A stretch of DNA of 64,000 bases from an uncultured Gammaproteobacteria bacterium (GTDB lineage Bacteria; Patescibacteriota; Patescibacteriia; UBA2196; GWA2-42-15). The stretch is from positions 3,362 to 67,361 of the forward strand of contig CAZNIO010000005.1 of assembly GCA_964573135.1 (NCBI GenBank). Reading direction: 5' to 3'. Below, in pieces: positions 1 to 9,218 of the stretch (position 1 is its first letter; every line of letters begins with the position of its first letter). The position numbers and the translations under genes were made by a program. Under the pieces are notes generated by a model. That model was not told the origin of the DNA. It saw only the letters and a program-made list of their open reading frames with translations, and searched no databases.

Positions 1-258
1 GGCGCCGTGTGGAGTATTGGCATTAGGGTCATATATATAAATTACTAACTCCTGCTGTTCACCATCTCTTTCTTCTACGTCAATATTCCTTTCAGCTGGA
101 TACATGAACTCAAAACCGTATTTATCGTTTTGGTAAATTTTCCAGTTTAGGTTATTCTCTTGCTGATTATTGTCTTGAATTGTTGCTCTGGACCAAAATA
201 GAACAATTAATAATACAACAATAATTATTATGACGAATATTGTAATTATTTTTTTCAT
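1..258 (-). CDS. Partial membrane-anchored/secreted protein, PsbP-like motif (runs off window start)
   Basis: Manually translated from ATG at 258: MKKIITIFVIIIIVVLLIVLFWS...WKIYQNDKYGFEFMYP, open to base 1. N-terminal TM plus a W-x-x-Y-x-N-x-x-YGF-x-F-x-YP motif. Absent from the ORF track. Confidence 0.7.
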   Translation of the reverse strand, partial: MKKIITIFVIIIIVVLLIVLFWSRATIQDNNQQENNLNWKIYQNDKYGFEFMYPAERNIDVEERDGEQQELVIYIYDPNANTPHGA

Positions 259-279
259 AAATTTATAAATTATGGTAAG

Positions 280-354
280 TGGAGCGGGTAAGGGGAATCG
301 GACCCCTGTCATCAGGTTGGAAACCTGAGATAATAGCCATTATACGATACCCGC
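280..354 (-). tRNA. tRNA-Gly(TCC)
   Basis: Reverse complement GCGGGTATCGTATAATGG...TCAGG-TT-TCC-AA-CCTGA...AGGGG-TCCGATT-CCCCT-TACCCGC-TCCA folds as a cloverleaf with encoded CCA. Confidence 0.93.
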
Positions 355-386
355 TTAATTTAATAATATCCTATCAAAAAATTCTC

Positions 387-416
387 TTGCCGTAAAGACC
401 CCTCAAGTGATATAAT
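387..416 (+). promoter_or_regulatory. Sigma70-type promoter for the DUF333 gene
   Basis: TTGCCG-N18-TATAAT with extended TG. Confidence 0.55.
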
Positions 417-440
417 CATAATATCAAATAATCACACAAT

Positions 441-1001
441 ATGAAAAAAATATTTATCCTTGCAACCCTCATTCTTGTCGCTCTTACTGGCTGTAAAAAT
501 CAACCTGCAGAAGAAATTCAAGATGTCCAAATTGCCAATCCCGCCTCTCAGCATTGTGAGGAAAAAGGCGGTAAAATTAAACTTCGTGATCAAACCGGCT
601 GGTGTATTTTCCCCGATAACTCAGAATGTGAAGAATGGGCTTTCTTCCGCGGTGAATGCCTGCCTCAAACTGTACACAAGCTAGAAGAAGGTCAACTACA
701 AAAATGCATTACTGGTTATGACCACTTTGGCAAAAGCCAATTTAAGTTAATTCCCGCGGGAGAGGCCTGCCCTCAAATCACAACTCAAAAAGAGTTGAAT
801 AATTTTTGTGGCAAAGATACCAATCAGGTTATCAAATGCGACAACCTCATTAAACTTATAAGCACAAACCCACAAGCTGGCAATATGTTTTTTCAAGGTA
901 ATAAAATTCTAAGCTGCCCCAACACCAATACTGAAAATACCAGTCAAGATTGCCAAAACGCCCTAAGTGCCTCATGCGATATGACCGTCAACTGCGACTA
1001 A
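441..1001 (+). CDS. DUF333 domain Cys-rich lipoprotein
   Basis: Lipobox LTGC; ANPASQHCEEKGG...GWCIFPDNSECEEWAFFRGEC motif; additional Cys-rich C-terminal half. Confidence 0.85.
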   Translation: MKKIFILATLILVALTGCKNQPAEEIQDVQIANPASQHCEEKGGKIKLRDQTGWCIFPDNSECEEWAFFRGECLPQTVHKLEEGQLQKCITGYDHFGKSQFKLIPAGEACPQITTQKELNNFCGKDTNQVIKCDNLIKLISTNPQAGNMFFQGNKILSCPNTNTENTSQDCQNALSASCDMTVNCD

Positions 1002-1629
1002 ATAATTTCTTTAAAAAACTTATCCTGCCCGACTTTCTGTCGGGCTTTTTGTTTAAAAAATCTAAAACAGCCTCTTCCACTTCTTTTGCCGCCTCGTCAA
1101 GCCTGCCTTCCTTATTAACTATGCGAACATCATATTTTTTTGATATTCCTATTTCCTTTTTAGCCGTCTCCATTCTCTTCCTAAGGGCATCTCGGTTCAT
1201 ATTCTGATTCCTCTTCTCTATTCGTTTAACCAATTGTTCCTGAGACTCGGGCAATATAAAAATCAAAAGAGTATTCTCCTTGCCCATCATTTGGCGTAAA
1301 TTTAATGCTCCTTTTACCTCAATCTCAAAAAAAGGAACTTTGCCCAAATCATCAATTCTCTTTAATTCAGATTTGGGAGCGCCGTAATAATTACCTGAAA
1401 AAAACTCATATTCAAGTAGCTCACCCCTCTCCATTCTCCTCTTAAATTCTTCTTCTGTTAAAAAATAATAATCCTCACCATCCTCTTCTCCCGGCCTAAT
1501 TTTTCTGATAGTACAAGTAACAACTTTTTCAAGCTCATCAACACTCTCAAGAACCTTTTTGCTCACAGCGTCTTTACCCACCCCAGAAGGCCCAGATATT
1601 ATAACAATTTTTCCTTTATTTTTATCCAT
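988..1629 (-). CDS. gmk: Guanylate kinase
   Basis: GPSGVGK P-loop, TIRKIRPGEEDGEDYYF, NYYG motifs. Confidence 0.96.
   Translation of the reverse strand: MDKNKGKIVIISGPSGVGKDAVSKKVLESVDELEKVVTCTIRKIRPGEEDGEDYYFLTEEEFKRRMERGELLEYEFFSGNYYGAPKSELKRIDDLGKVPFFEIEVKGALNLRQMMGKENTLLIFILPESQEQLVKRIEKRNQNMNRDALRKRMETAKKEIGISKKYDVRIVNKEGRLDEAAKEVEEAVLDFLNKKPDRKSGRISFLKKLFSRS
1027..1054 (+). terminator. Intrinsic terminator for the DUF333 gene, inside the gmk 3' end
   Basis: GCCCGAC-TTTCT-GTCGGGC followed by TTTTTGTTT. Confidence 0.7.
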
Positions 1630-1635
1630 CTTATC

Positions 1636-2574
1636 TTACTTAATTTCTTTCAAAAATTCTTTAAGCTCTTTAGGAACATCACACTCAAACTCTTGCCACT
1701 CACCGCTCAAATCACTAAAACTTAACTTAGATGCATATAGCCACACTCTGCCCAAATCAACAAATTTATCTTTCTTTTTAACGTCATGTGTTATATACAC
1801 CTTATCCCCCACAATTGGATGTCCAATTGATCTCATGTGTACCCTTATCTGATGTGTTCTACCCGTCAAAATATTAACTTTGATTAAAGTATAATGATTG
1901 AATTTTTCCAAAACTTCATATTCAGTCAAAGCTGATTTAGTTTTTGAAAAAACACTCAAAAAATCAGAAACTGCCACGAATATCCCCTTATTTTTAGAAC
2001 GTTTAATTGGCAAATTAACTTCACCCTCATCTTGCCTCATCACATTGTGCACCAACGCCACATATTCTTTACTAACTTTCCTACTGCTAAATTGACTCTT
2101 TAAATGTTCAAACATTTCCTCACTTAGTGCTATAACCATTAAACCAGAAACTTCCTTATCCAGACGATGTACAATACCTGGGCGTTCATCAACCCCTCCA
2201 ATCCCCTTAGCTTCAGGAAATTTCTTAACCAGCCAATCAACTAGAGTACCGTCTTTATGTATATCATCTCTGTGAGTTACCATACCTGCCGGCTTATTAA
2301 CCACCACATAATTATCACCCTTAAAAACAACATCAACCTTATAATCTTTCACCACGCTATCAATTTTTTCAGATATTTTTTCCTCTAAAACAATAGTTTC
2401 AATTGTATCCCCAGAGTGCAAGAAATAATGTGGGGATCTTTTCTTCCCCAAAACTAACACTCCTCCAGCCTTTATTCTCTTTTTCCACTGTGAACGACTC
2501 ACCTTACTATCAAATTCACTTAAGAATATGTCTAGCCTCTTTCCACTATTGTTTTCCTTAATTTTAATTTCCAT
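1636..2574 (-). CDS. rluD: RluA/RluD family 23S rRNA pseudouridine synthase
   Basis: N-terminal S4-like RLDIFL...SRS, NKPAGM, catalytic HRLD, GRTHQIRVH. Confidence 0.9.
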   Translation of the reverse strand: MEIKIKENNSGKRLDIFLSEFDSKVSRSQWKKRIKAGGVLVLGKKRSPHYFLHSGDTIETIVLEEKISEKIDSVVKDYKVDVVFKGDNYVVVNKPAGMVTHRDDIHKDGTLVDWLVKKFPEAKGIGGVDERPGIVHRLDKEVSGLMVIALSEEMFEHLKSQFSSRKVSKEYVALVHNVMRQDEGEVNLPIKRSKNKGIFVAVSDFLSVFSKTKSALTEYEVLEKFNHYTLIKVNILTGRTHQIRVHMRSIGHPIVGDKVYITHDVKKKDKFVDLGRVWLYASKLSFSDLSGEWQEFECDVPKELKEFLKEIK

Positions 2575-4108
2575 TTTTCTTCTTTAGTTTTTTAATTTCT
2601 TCCTTAGCCTCCTCTTTTGTCCTAATCTTGCCCGCTAATTGCTTTTCACGTAAAGCCTCCATGATCATTCCTACTTTCTTGCCAGGCCTAATACCAAGTA
2701 TCTTCATTACATCTTTACCATTAATTAAAGAATCTGGTAATTTTTTATCCTTGCCCAATTTTTTTAACTCATTAATTCGATCAAACATCATTCCAAAATT
2801 TTCCAAGTCCCCTTCTCCAGTATCTTCACGCACTGATGAAAACATGTCGGCAAACCCAGTTTTAAGTAAGTCCTCACCAGAAAATTTTGAACTAAAAAAA
2901 TACTTTTCAATAGTGGAGTTTTTCATCTCTTTAATGGTTTTAGTATCAAAAAGATGATGTTTCGATATCAGCCAAACTGATTTATCAACATCAAAATCAA
3001 ATTCAGGCGCAGCTGATAGTTTTAATTTCTCAAAATTTACCTTAGCCATCTTAGCGCTTGTCACATCGTGATTATTAAACCTCAATCGATCAGTCCCGTC
3101 CTTTTCGGGTGTCATTATGGTATACGGCTTGCCAACATCATGCCACACCAACGCCATCACAAGATCAGCTCCAACTACTTTACCACTCTTTCCAGAGAAC
3201 ACAAGATTTTTCTTAAATCGATTTTGAAAACTGGTGGATTCTAAATTCTTTAAACACAACCTGGTATGTTCCCACACGTCTCCTTCTGAGTGCCAATTTG
3301 TCGGCTGTGGGCAATCCTTCATTTTCAAAAGCTCAGGCATTAACTGCTCAGTCGCTCCCGATTTGTCGTATAAATCAAAAGCATGTATTGGATTTAAAAC
3401 AAAAGATTTAAGTAATTCAGAAGCGATTACTTCATAAGGAACAATGCGATCCCCGTCTGTGGCCTCATCATTAATATGTGATATCAATTTTACTACTGCC
3501 TCCCAAGTAATTTCTTCAATTTTAAAATCAAGCTGGCAAGCAAATCTAATAGCACGGAGCATTCTTGAATAATCTTCTTCAAATCGACCATATGCATTGC
3601 CGACTGTTCTAATTATCTTATCTTTCAAATCTCTCACTCCATCAAATTCATCAACTAATTCTTTAGAAAATATATTGTATGCTAAAGCATTAATTGTAAA
3701 ATCACGTCTGCCTAAATCTTCTCGTATATCCAACTTCTCATTATATTGAACATCAAAATCCCTATAACCCCCAGTTGCTTTTGAAATTTCTGTACGCGGT
3801 AAAGCAATATCATAGGCCACTTCAATCTTTTTATCCCCTGGTAAAAATTTGTACACTCCAAAAGTCTTACCCACTAAATTAACTTTGCCCAATTTCTCAA
3901 GCTCTTTGCCCAGTTTATCCAAATTCATGCCCCTCACCACGAAATCATAGTCCTTAATATCTTTAATACCTAATAACGCATCGCGCACAGCGCCACCCAC
4001 CAGATACACCTCCACCTTACTATCAATATCACGCAATTTCTCTGCCCAATCCAAAAAACCGCCCTTCTCCATTTCTTCTATTATCTTTTCCAAATTCTTA
4101 TATTTCAT
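2564..4108 (-). CDS. cca: Class II CCA tRNA nucleotidyltransferase with HD domain
   Basis: VGGAVRD, DYD, RRDFTINA, EDYSRMLRAIRF, HD motif (WHDVGK), LINGKDVM...PG tail. Confidence 0.9.
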   Translation of the reverse strand: MKYKNLEKIIEEMEKGGFLDWAEKLRDIDSKVEVYLVGGAVRDALLGIKDIKDYDFVVRGMNLDKLGKELEKLGKVNLVGKTFGVYKFLPGDKKIEVAYDIALPRTEISKATGGYRDFDVQYNEKLDIREDLGRRDFTINALAYNIFSKELVDEFDGVRDLKDKIIRTVGNAYGRFEEDYSRMLRAIRFACQLDFKIEEITWEAVVKLISHINDEATDGDRIVPYEVIASELLKSFVLNPIHAFDLYDKSGATEQLMPELLKMKDCPQPTNWHSEGDVWEHTRLCLKNLESTSFQNRFKKNLVFSGKSGKVVGADLVMALVWHDVGKPYTIMTPEKDGTDRLRFNNHDVTSAKMAKVNFEKLKLSAAPEFDFDVDKSVWLISKHHLFDTKTIKEMKNSTIEKYFFSSKFSGEDLLKTGFADMFSSVREDTGEGDLENFGMMFDRINELKKLGKDKKLPDSLINGKDVMKILGIRPGKKVGMIMEALREKQLAGKIRTKEEAKEEIKKLKKKNGN

Positions 4109-4114
4109 AGCTTA

Positions 4115-4143
4115 ATCCTACCTTTTTTAAAGGTTTTTTACAA
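4115..4143 (-). promoter_or_regulatory. Promoter of cca-rluD-gmk (likely leaderless)
   Basis: TTGTAA-N17-TAGGAT, 6 nt before the ATG at 4108. Confidence 0.6.
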
Positions 4144-4192
4144 GGTTGACCTTGATTTTGAAACATTTTTCTGTTAGTCTAAAAACTAATAT

Positions 4193-4279
4193 GCGGACGT
4201 GGTGAAATTGGTATACACGCAAGCTTGAGGGGCTTGTGGCCGCAAGGCTGTGAGGGTTCAACTCCCTCCGTCCGCACCA
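4193..4279 (+). tRNA. tRNA-Leu(GAG)
   Basis: GCGGACGTGGTGAAATTGGTATACACG, CAAGC-TT-GAG-GG-GCTTG, long variable arm, GGTTCAACTCC, ends ACCA. Upstream promoter TTGATT-N17-TAGTCT at 4152-4180. Confidence 0.95.
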
Positions 4280-4280
4280 C

Positions 4281-4312
4281 AAAAATCGCTTTATCAAAAG
4301 CGATTTTTGTTT
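4281..4312 (+). terminator. Intrinsic terminator after tRNA-Leu
   Basis: AAAAATCGCTTT-ATCA-AAAGCGATTTTT. Confidence 0.75.
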
Positions 4313-4322
4313 ATACAAAGAA

Positions 4323-4351
4323 TTGACAAAATACGTTATTTACGATATAAA
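4323..4351 (+). promoter_or_regulatory. Promoter for the YdcF gene
   Basis: TTGACA-N17-TATAAA; strong SD AAGGAGG at about 4386-4392. Confidence 0.65.
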
Positions 4352-4395
4352 AATATAAACACAAAAAACATACACAATCTAATGAAGGAGGCAAA

Positions 4396-4992
4396 ATGTT
4401 ATACCAAATACTCAAAAGGTGGTACCAACTCCGCAACATCGATGTATCGCAATGTGACCTCGTTGTCCCTCTGGGATATGGGCTACTCACGCGGTCAAGT
4501 CTACCTGATGCGGAGTTAAAAGTACTAAAAATGGCAAAACAAATTGCTAAAAAACACCAGGTACCAATTGCCTGGGCCAGTTCCAATTACTTTTGGGATA
4601 ATTGCGAGGGACAAGAAAACCGGCTTAAAGCACATCTTTTAGGTGCTAAATTCAATCCCATAATAGGGGATGGTATCACCAACTCTATCACTGAGGCGTA
4701 CAGTATCCAGACAAAAATAATTGATAAAAAAATTAAATCGGATACAATCGTCCTGGTGGCAGATTGGGCACATGCCAGAAGCGCCAAAAATATCTGGTCT
4801 AAAATATGGCCAGAAGCAAAAATTACGGTGATTAGCATTGATGCAAACTGGCATCAATCATCACCAGTTTTTTTTCAACGTTCCAGGTCAAGATGGCTTG
4901 CCGTCAATTTAGTACGGCACATAGCCCTAAAAATACTTGGAATGAGAATAAAAAAAATTCGGCATCCACTAAAAAATACACATTCGCGCTAG
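4396..4992 (+). CDS. YdcF/ElyC/SanA family (DUF218) protein
   Basis: DLVVPLGYG, TNSITEA, IVLVADWAHARSA...W pattern typical of DUF218. Confidence 0.75.
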   Translation: MLYQILKRWYQLRNIDVSQCDLVVPLGYGLLTRSSLPDAELKVLKMAKQIAKKHQVPIAWASSNYFWDNCEGQENRLKAHLLGAKFNPIIGDGITNSITEAYSIQTKIIDKKIKSDTIVLVADWAHARSAKNIWSKIWPEAKITVISIDANWHQSSPVFFQRSRSRWLAVNLVRHIALKILGMRIKKIRHPLKNTHSR

Positions 4993-5008
4993 TGATTGTG
5001 TATTTTTT
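4971..5008 (+). terminator. Hairpin/terminator at the end of YdcF
   Basis: AAAAAATACACA...TGTGTATTTTTT inverted repeat. Confidence 0.55.
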
Positions 5009-5041
5009 GTATTAATCCCATCTTGAGGATATAATGAACAC

Positions 5042-6979
5042 ATGTACAAAGCACCCAATAAATTCCTTAACTTTCTAACAAAAAACAGCTCTTATCTGCT
5101 TTTCTCCTTTATTATCCTCTATATTATCTTCTTCTCTATAATCTGCCTACTCAAATACAACAATTTCCTCTATAATGCCCTTGATCTATCCATTATCAAT
5201 AACGTTTTCTATAATACCCTACACGGCAATGGTCTTTATTCCTCCATTCAAGGACATTCTTACTTGGGTGATCATTTCACACCCGTTATCTTCCTCCTAT
5301 TGCCCCTCTACGCCCTCTATCAGTCGCCAGTCACTCTTTTAGTCCTACAAACCATCTTTCTCGCTCTGGCCTCTTTACCTTTATATAAAATATGTCAAAT
5401 AATTTTAAAAAATAAAATACTACCACTCTTAATCTCTCTACTATGGCTACTAAGCCCCCTGGTCCACAACATCAATCTTTTCGAATTCCACTTTCTCTCC
5501 ATACTTCCCCTTTTCTTTTTCTCCTTTCTCTATTTTTATCTTAAAATTAAAGAAAACCCCCACAATAAGAAACTATTCGTATACTTTTTTATCTTCCTCG
5601 TCCTCTCACTTCTCATACGAGAAGATGTCTCCTTTATCTTCATGGCATTTGGCATAATCTTAATCTTTGATTTTTGGAAAAAAAGAAAAAGATATCAAAT
5701 ATTTATTATCGCCTACTGGCTAACAGCTATCAGCTATTTTATACTTGCAACAAAAACAATATCTCTCTATTCCCCTTCAAATTTCTCTCCATTTCTTTAT
5801 TACTACTCATGGCTAGGCGATACAAGTACTCAAATTATTAAAAATTTCTTTCTAAAATTTGATATGATTTTAAATCATATCTCAACCATAGGTAATTTCG
5901 AAATGGTTATAGGATTACTATTGCCATTCCTATTACTACCAATAATAAAACCAAAATATCTCCTCTTGTGTCTTCTTCCTTTTTCACAAATAATACTCAC
6001 ATCAGCTGGTGGCGGGGCACTCACCTGGCAAACTCATTATGCAGCTTTTTTCCTCCCAGGATTAACTATCTCCTTCGTTTTTGCTTTTAAAAAATTAAAC
6101 AAAATCACTAATCAACAACTCGGTTCTAAATACCTCCTCATCTCTCTTCTAATTATTGCTAATATATTTTTAATATTTTCCATCGGGCCATTAACAGGCA
6201 TAAATAACTTGTACGAAAAAGATAACTCTAAAATACAAAAAATACTCAAATCCATTCCAAAAAATACACCCATTGCCTCAGGCTACAACACCCTTCCTCA
6301 TTTATCCAGTCGTCAATATATCTACTCGCTAAACTACTTGTTTCTCGGACATGGACAATTTGCCACAACAAAATATATTACACAAAAAAATCCACAATAT
6401 ATTATCATCGACTCAAATGACTTAATTCATTATGATATTCAGCTGGCTCATCTTACTTGGAGCAAACCTCATTATGCACAAGGGTATGAACGATTAAGAA
6501 ATCTATTAACAGACTATGGAATCATAAGCTCAGCAGAAAATATAACGCTATTTAAAAAAAACCACCCCAGTAAAACCAAGCTCTATTCAGTACAAACACC
6601 CCCAACTGTCACACAGTCCAAATATAATTTTAATGCCCTTAAACTAATAGATTATAAAATCACAATCAACCCAACCACTGTCTCTTTGTCTTTTCAAATA
6701 GATGAACCAACAGACAATATCTATTATGCAAAAATAAAAACCAATAATCAATCAAAAATATTTCCCCTTGCCTACTTTTATCCAATCAAGGATTGGCACA
6801 ACGATGAAATCGTTACTGTTAATTATCCCCTAGATATAAAAATAGATCTCAATACTGAGATCTATCTGTCCCTTGTAGCCATACAAGGGGGCATTGAAAT
6901 TGATAACTTAAGAAATATTAAATTAGTGATTGATAAAGAAACAAATATCACCGATCAATCAATTAATCTTACTCATTAA
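5042..6979 (+). CDS. DUF2079 family polytopic membrane protein (GT-C-like)
   Basis: ALDLSIINN...SYLGDHFTP, FEFH, REDV, HLSSRQYIY motifs; ~10 TM segments plus a C-terminal extracellular domain. Confidence 0.8.
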   Translation: MYKAPNKFLNFLTKNSSYLLFSFIILYIIFFSIICLLKYNNFLYNALDLSIINNVFYNTLHGNGLYSSIQGHSYLGDHFTPVIFLLLPLYALYQSPVTLLVLQTIFLALASLPLYKICQIILKNKILPLLISLLWLLSPLVHNINLFEFHFLSILPLFFFSFLYFYLKIKENPHNKKLFVYFFIFLVLSLLIREDVSFIFMAFGIILIFDFWKKRKRYQIFIIAYWLTAISYFILATKTISLYSPSNFSPFLYYYSWLGDTSTQIIKNFFLKFDMILNHISTIGNFEMVIGLLLPFLLLPIIKPKYLLLCLLPFSQIILTSAGGGALTWQTHYAAFFLPGLTISFVFAFKKLNKITNQQLGSKYLLISLLIIANIFLIFSIGPLTGINNLYEKDNSKIQKILKSIPKNTPIASGYNTLPHLSSRQYIYSLNYLFLGHGQFATTKYITQKNPQYIIIDSNDLIHYDIQLAHLTWSKPHYAQGYERLRNLLTDYGIISSAENITLFKKNHPSKTKLYSVQTPPTVTQSKYNFNALKLIDYKITINPTTVSLSFQIDEPTDNIYYAKIKTNNQSKIFPLAYFYPIKDWHNDEIVTVNYPLDIKIDLNTEIYLSLVAIQGGIEIDNLRNIKLVIDKETNITDQSINLTH

Positions 6980-8504
6980 TATTTACAGGAGGAGTTACTA
7001 CTATTAACTGAGGGCGAACAAAACCACCGAACTGCTCAACATCTTCCAGGCGCCAACCATTCTGCCAAAACCAATCCATAACAATACCCGCGTTGTGTAT
7101 ATTCGCCGCTACAACAGGATAAATAATTAACACGCGCTTGGCATCACCGACCACCTCTCCTACATCTCGCATATTTTCCTCCGTAATTACCGGATACCAA
7201 TTATATTTCACTGCCTTCAATAAAAAATTACTCTCAAGGCCATCTGGCTCATAGCCAATTACCTCTAAATCACCTCGATAATAATAATCAAAGGGCAATT
7301 TATACACAAACGCAGGCGACAATATAACATCGCCTTTTTTTTCTATACTCTCAACATATCGCGCAATTTTATCCCATTCATTTTGGCTGCGCTTGTCAAC
7401 CATCCATAAGTTATATGGAGCAAGGATAACAAAAATCAATATAAGTAAAAAAAATCGAAACTTCTTGCTAATATTTAAGTTATCAAGACCCATGGCAAGT
7501 AATAAATAAAAACCAATAGACCCCACTGTATAATACTTGGCTACCCATACTTGAGTAAAAAATCCAACAAAAAGAGGAAAAAGAAAAAGCATCAACATAA
7601 AAACCAATGCTCTACCCTCTCTCAATTTCATCTCAACCCTTTTTTCCTTTAGGAAAAAAGTAAATTTAAAAAGAGCCAATAAAAACAAACTCCCAACTAT
7701 AACCATGCCAGAAGCGTCAATCAAGTGAAGCTTCTCTCCCAAAAACATAAAAGAGCGGGGCAACTGCCAAAAAAAGAAACCACCACCCTCGGTGTTTAAA
7801 TACCATGCGCCACTATTCACACTGCTCACCGACCTCATCACAAACACCGACAACCATGGCAGAAAAAGAAAAAATACGACCAGCTGTGCCACAATCCATT
7901 CTAAAAGTAAAACACTTTTCTTTTTTAAAAAATAATAATCATACACAAAATATAAACTATGAACTATAAACAAAAACAATGCAGTAATATGTGTATATAT
8001 TGCTAAACACGAAAAAAGAAGATATAAAAACCAATTCAATCTATTCTTATTACCATCAAACAACTCCCAAAAAAAATAACAAGACAAAATACTAAAAAAT
8101 ACTAGCATAGGATACATACGCGCCTCCATAGCAAAAAACAACTGATAAGACGAAAAGGCAAAAAGAAACGCTGCCATCAACCCAATCCGTCGATTAGCCA
8201 ATCGTTTACCTAAAAAATATATAGCTATTATTCCAAAAATACTAAAAAGTACTGACGACAAACGCACTGCCTGCTCTGCTTCACCAAACATTTTAACCCA
8301 AAAATGCAAAAATATATAATGCGCTGGCGGATTATTTTCCCATTCCAGATACTGCCAACTTTCTATCACTCCTTTTTTGGCAATTTCTAAGCTAACTACC
8401 TCGTCAAACCAAAAACTTTTACTGTTTAAAACCGCGGGCATTCTAAAAGCCAGTGCCAAAAAAATAATTAGTATTAAAATTAAAATTGCCTTATTTAATT
8501 TCAT
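6969..8504 (-). CDS. GT39/PMT-ArnT-like GT-C membrane glycosyltransferase
   Basis: SFWFDE, NPPAHY, RLSS, EARMY motifs; many TMs. Confidence 0.85.
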   Translation of the reverse strand: MKLNKAILILILIIFLALAFRMPAVLNSKSFWFDEVVSLEIAKKGVIESWQYLEWENNPPAHYIFLHFWVKMFGEAEQAVRLSSVLFSIFGIIAIYFLGKRLANRRIGLMAAFLFAFSSYQLFFAMEARMYPMLVFFSILSCYFFWELFDGNKNRLNWFLYLLFSCLAIYTHITALFLFIVHSLYFVYDYYFLKKKSVLLLEWIVAQLVVFFLFLPWLSVFVMRSVSSVNSGAWYLNTEGGGFFFWQLPRSFMFLGEKLHLIDASGMVIVGSLFLLALFKFTFFLKEKRVEMKLREGRALVFMLMLFLFPLFVGFFTQVWVAKYYTVGSIGFYLLLAMGLDNLNISKKFRFFLLILIFVILAPYNLWMVDKRSQNEWDKIARYVESIEKKGDVILSPAFVYKLPFDYYYRGDLEVIGYEPDGLESNFLLKAVKYNWYPVITEENMRDVGEVVGDAKRVLIIYPVVAANIHNAGIVMDWFWQNGWRLEDVEQFGGFVRPQLIVVTPPVNINE

Positions 8505-8507
8505 ATA

Positions 8508-9218
8508 TTATTTAGAAAATCTCAACTTAATAACTGTTGTGAAAAATTCAAAAATATCCCCCGTACTCAATTTAGACTTGCCATGCTCTCTGTCAACGAA
8601 TACCACAGGAATCTCTTTTATTCTAAAATTTTTTTTCTCACACAAATAAATCAATTCTTCCTGAAAAGCATAGCCATTGCTTCCTATTTTATCAAGATTA
8701 ATCTTCTTTATGGCTTCAGTCCTAAAACATCTAAATCCAGCCGTTATATCCCTGGTCTTTAACCCAAGAATAAATCGGGCAAAAGCCATAGCACATTTGC
8801 TTTGAAAATTTCTCCTAAAGCCCCAGCCCTTAACCGAACCACCCTTAATGCGACGAGAACCAATTACTACATCATTCCCATTAATAATCTCCTCAATAAG
8901 TCGTGGGATATCTTTGGGATTATGAGAAAAATCAGCATCCATTTCAAAAACCAAATCTGCCCCTTCTAAAAATGCCTTCTTAAAACCTTCAATATATGCT
9001 GACCCTAATCCCAATTTACCTTTTCTATGTATCACTCCAAGACGATCATCGCCATATACTGAAATCAAATCATCAACTATCTTCCCAGTCCCGTCCAAAG
9101 AATTGTCATCCACTACCACAACATGTAAATCAACAATATTTAAATTAAAAATTGCTTCTAATATTTTAGATATATTCTCCTTCTCATTATACGTTGGTAA
9201 TATAATATATTTTTTCAT
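8508..9218 (-). CDS. Polyprenol monophosphomannose synthase (DPM1/Ppm1-like GT2)
   Basis: PTYNEKENI, VDDNSLDGT, LGLGSAYIEGF, EMDADFSH, TAGFRCF, GYAFQ, FVDREHGKSKL. Confidence 0.9.
   Translation of the reverse strand: MKKYIILPTYNEKENISKILEAIFNLNIVDLHVVVVDDNSLDGTGKIVDDLISVYGDDRLGVIHRKGKLGLGSAYIEGFKKAFLEGADLVFEMDADFSHNPKDIPRLIEEIINGNDVVIGSRRIKGGSVKGWGFRRNFQSKCAMAFARFILGLKTRDITAGFRCFRTEAIKKINLDKIGSNGYAFQEELIYLCEKKNFRIKEIPVVFVDREHGKSKLSTGDIFEFFTTVIKLRFSK

Noticed and set aside
4127-4586. Short ORFs 4127-4318, 4250-4519 and 4311-4586
   Set aside because: They overlap tRNA-Leu and ydcF and show no independent coding features.
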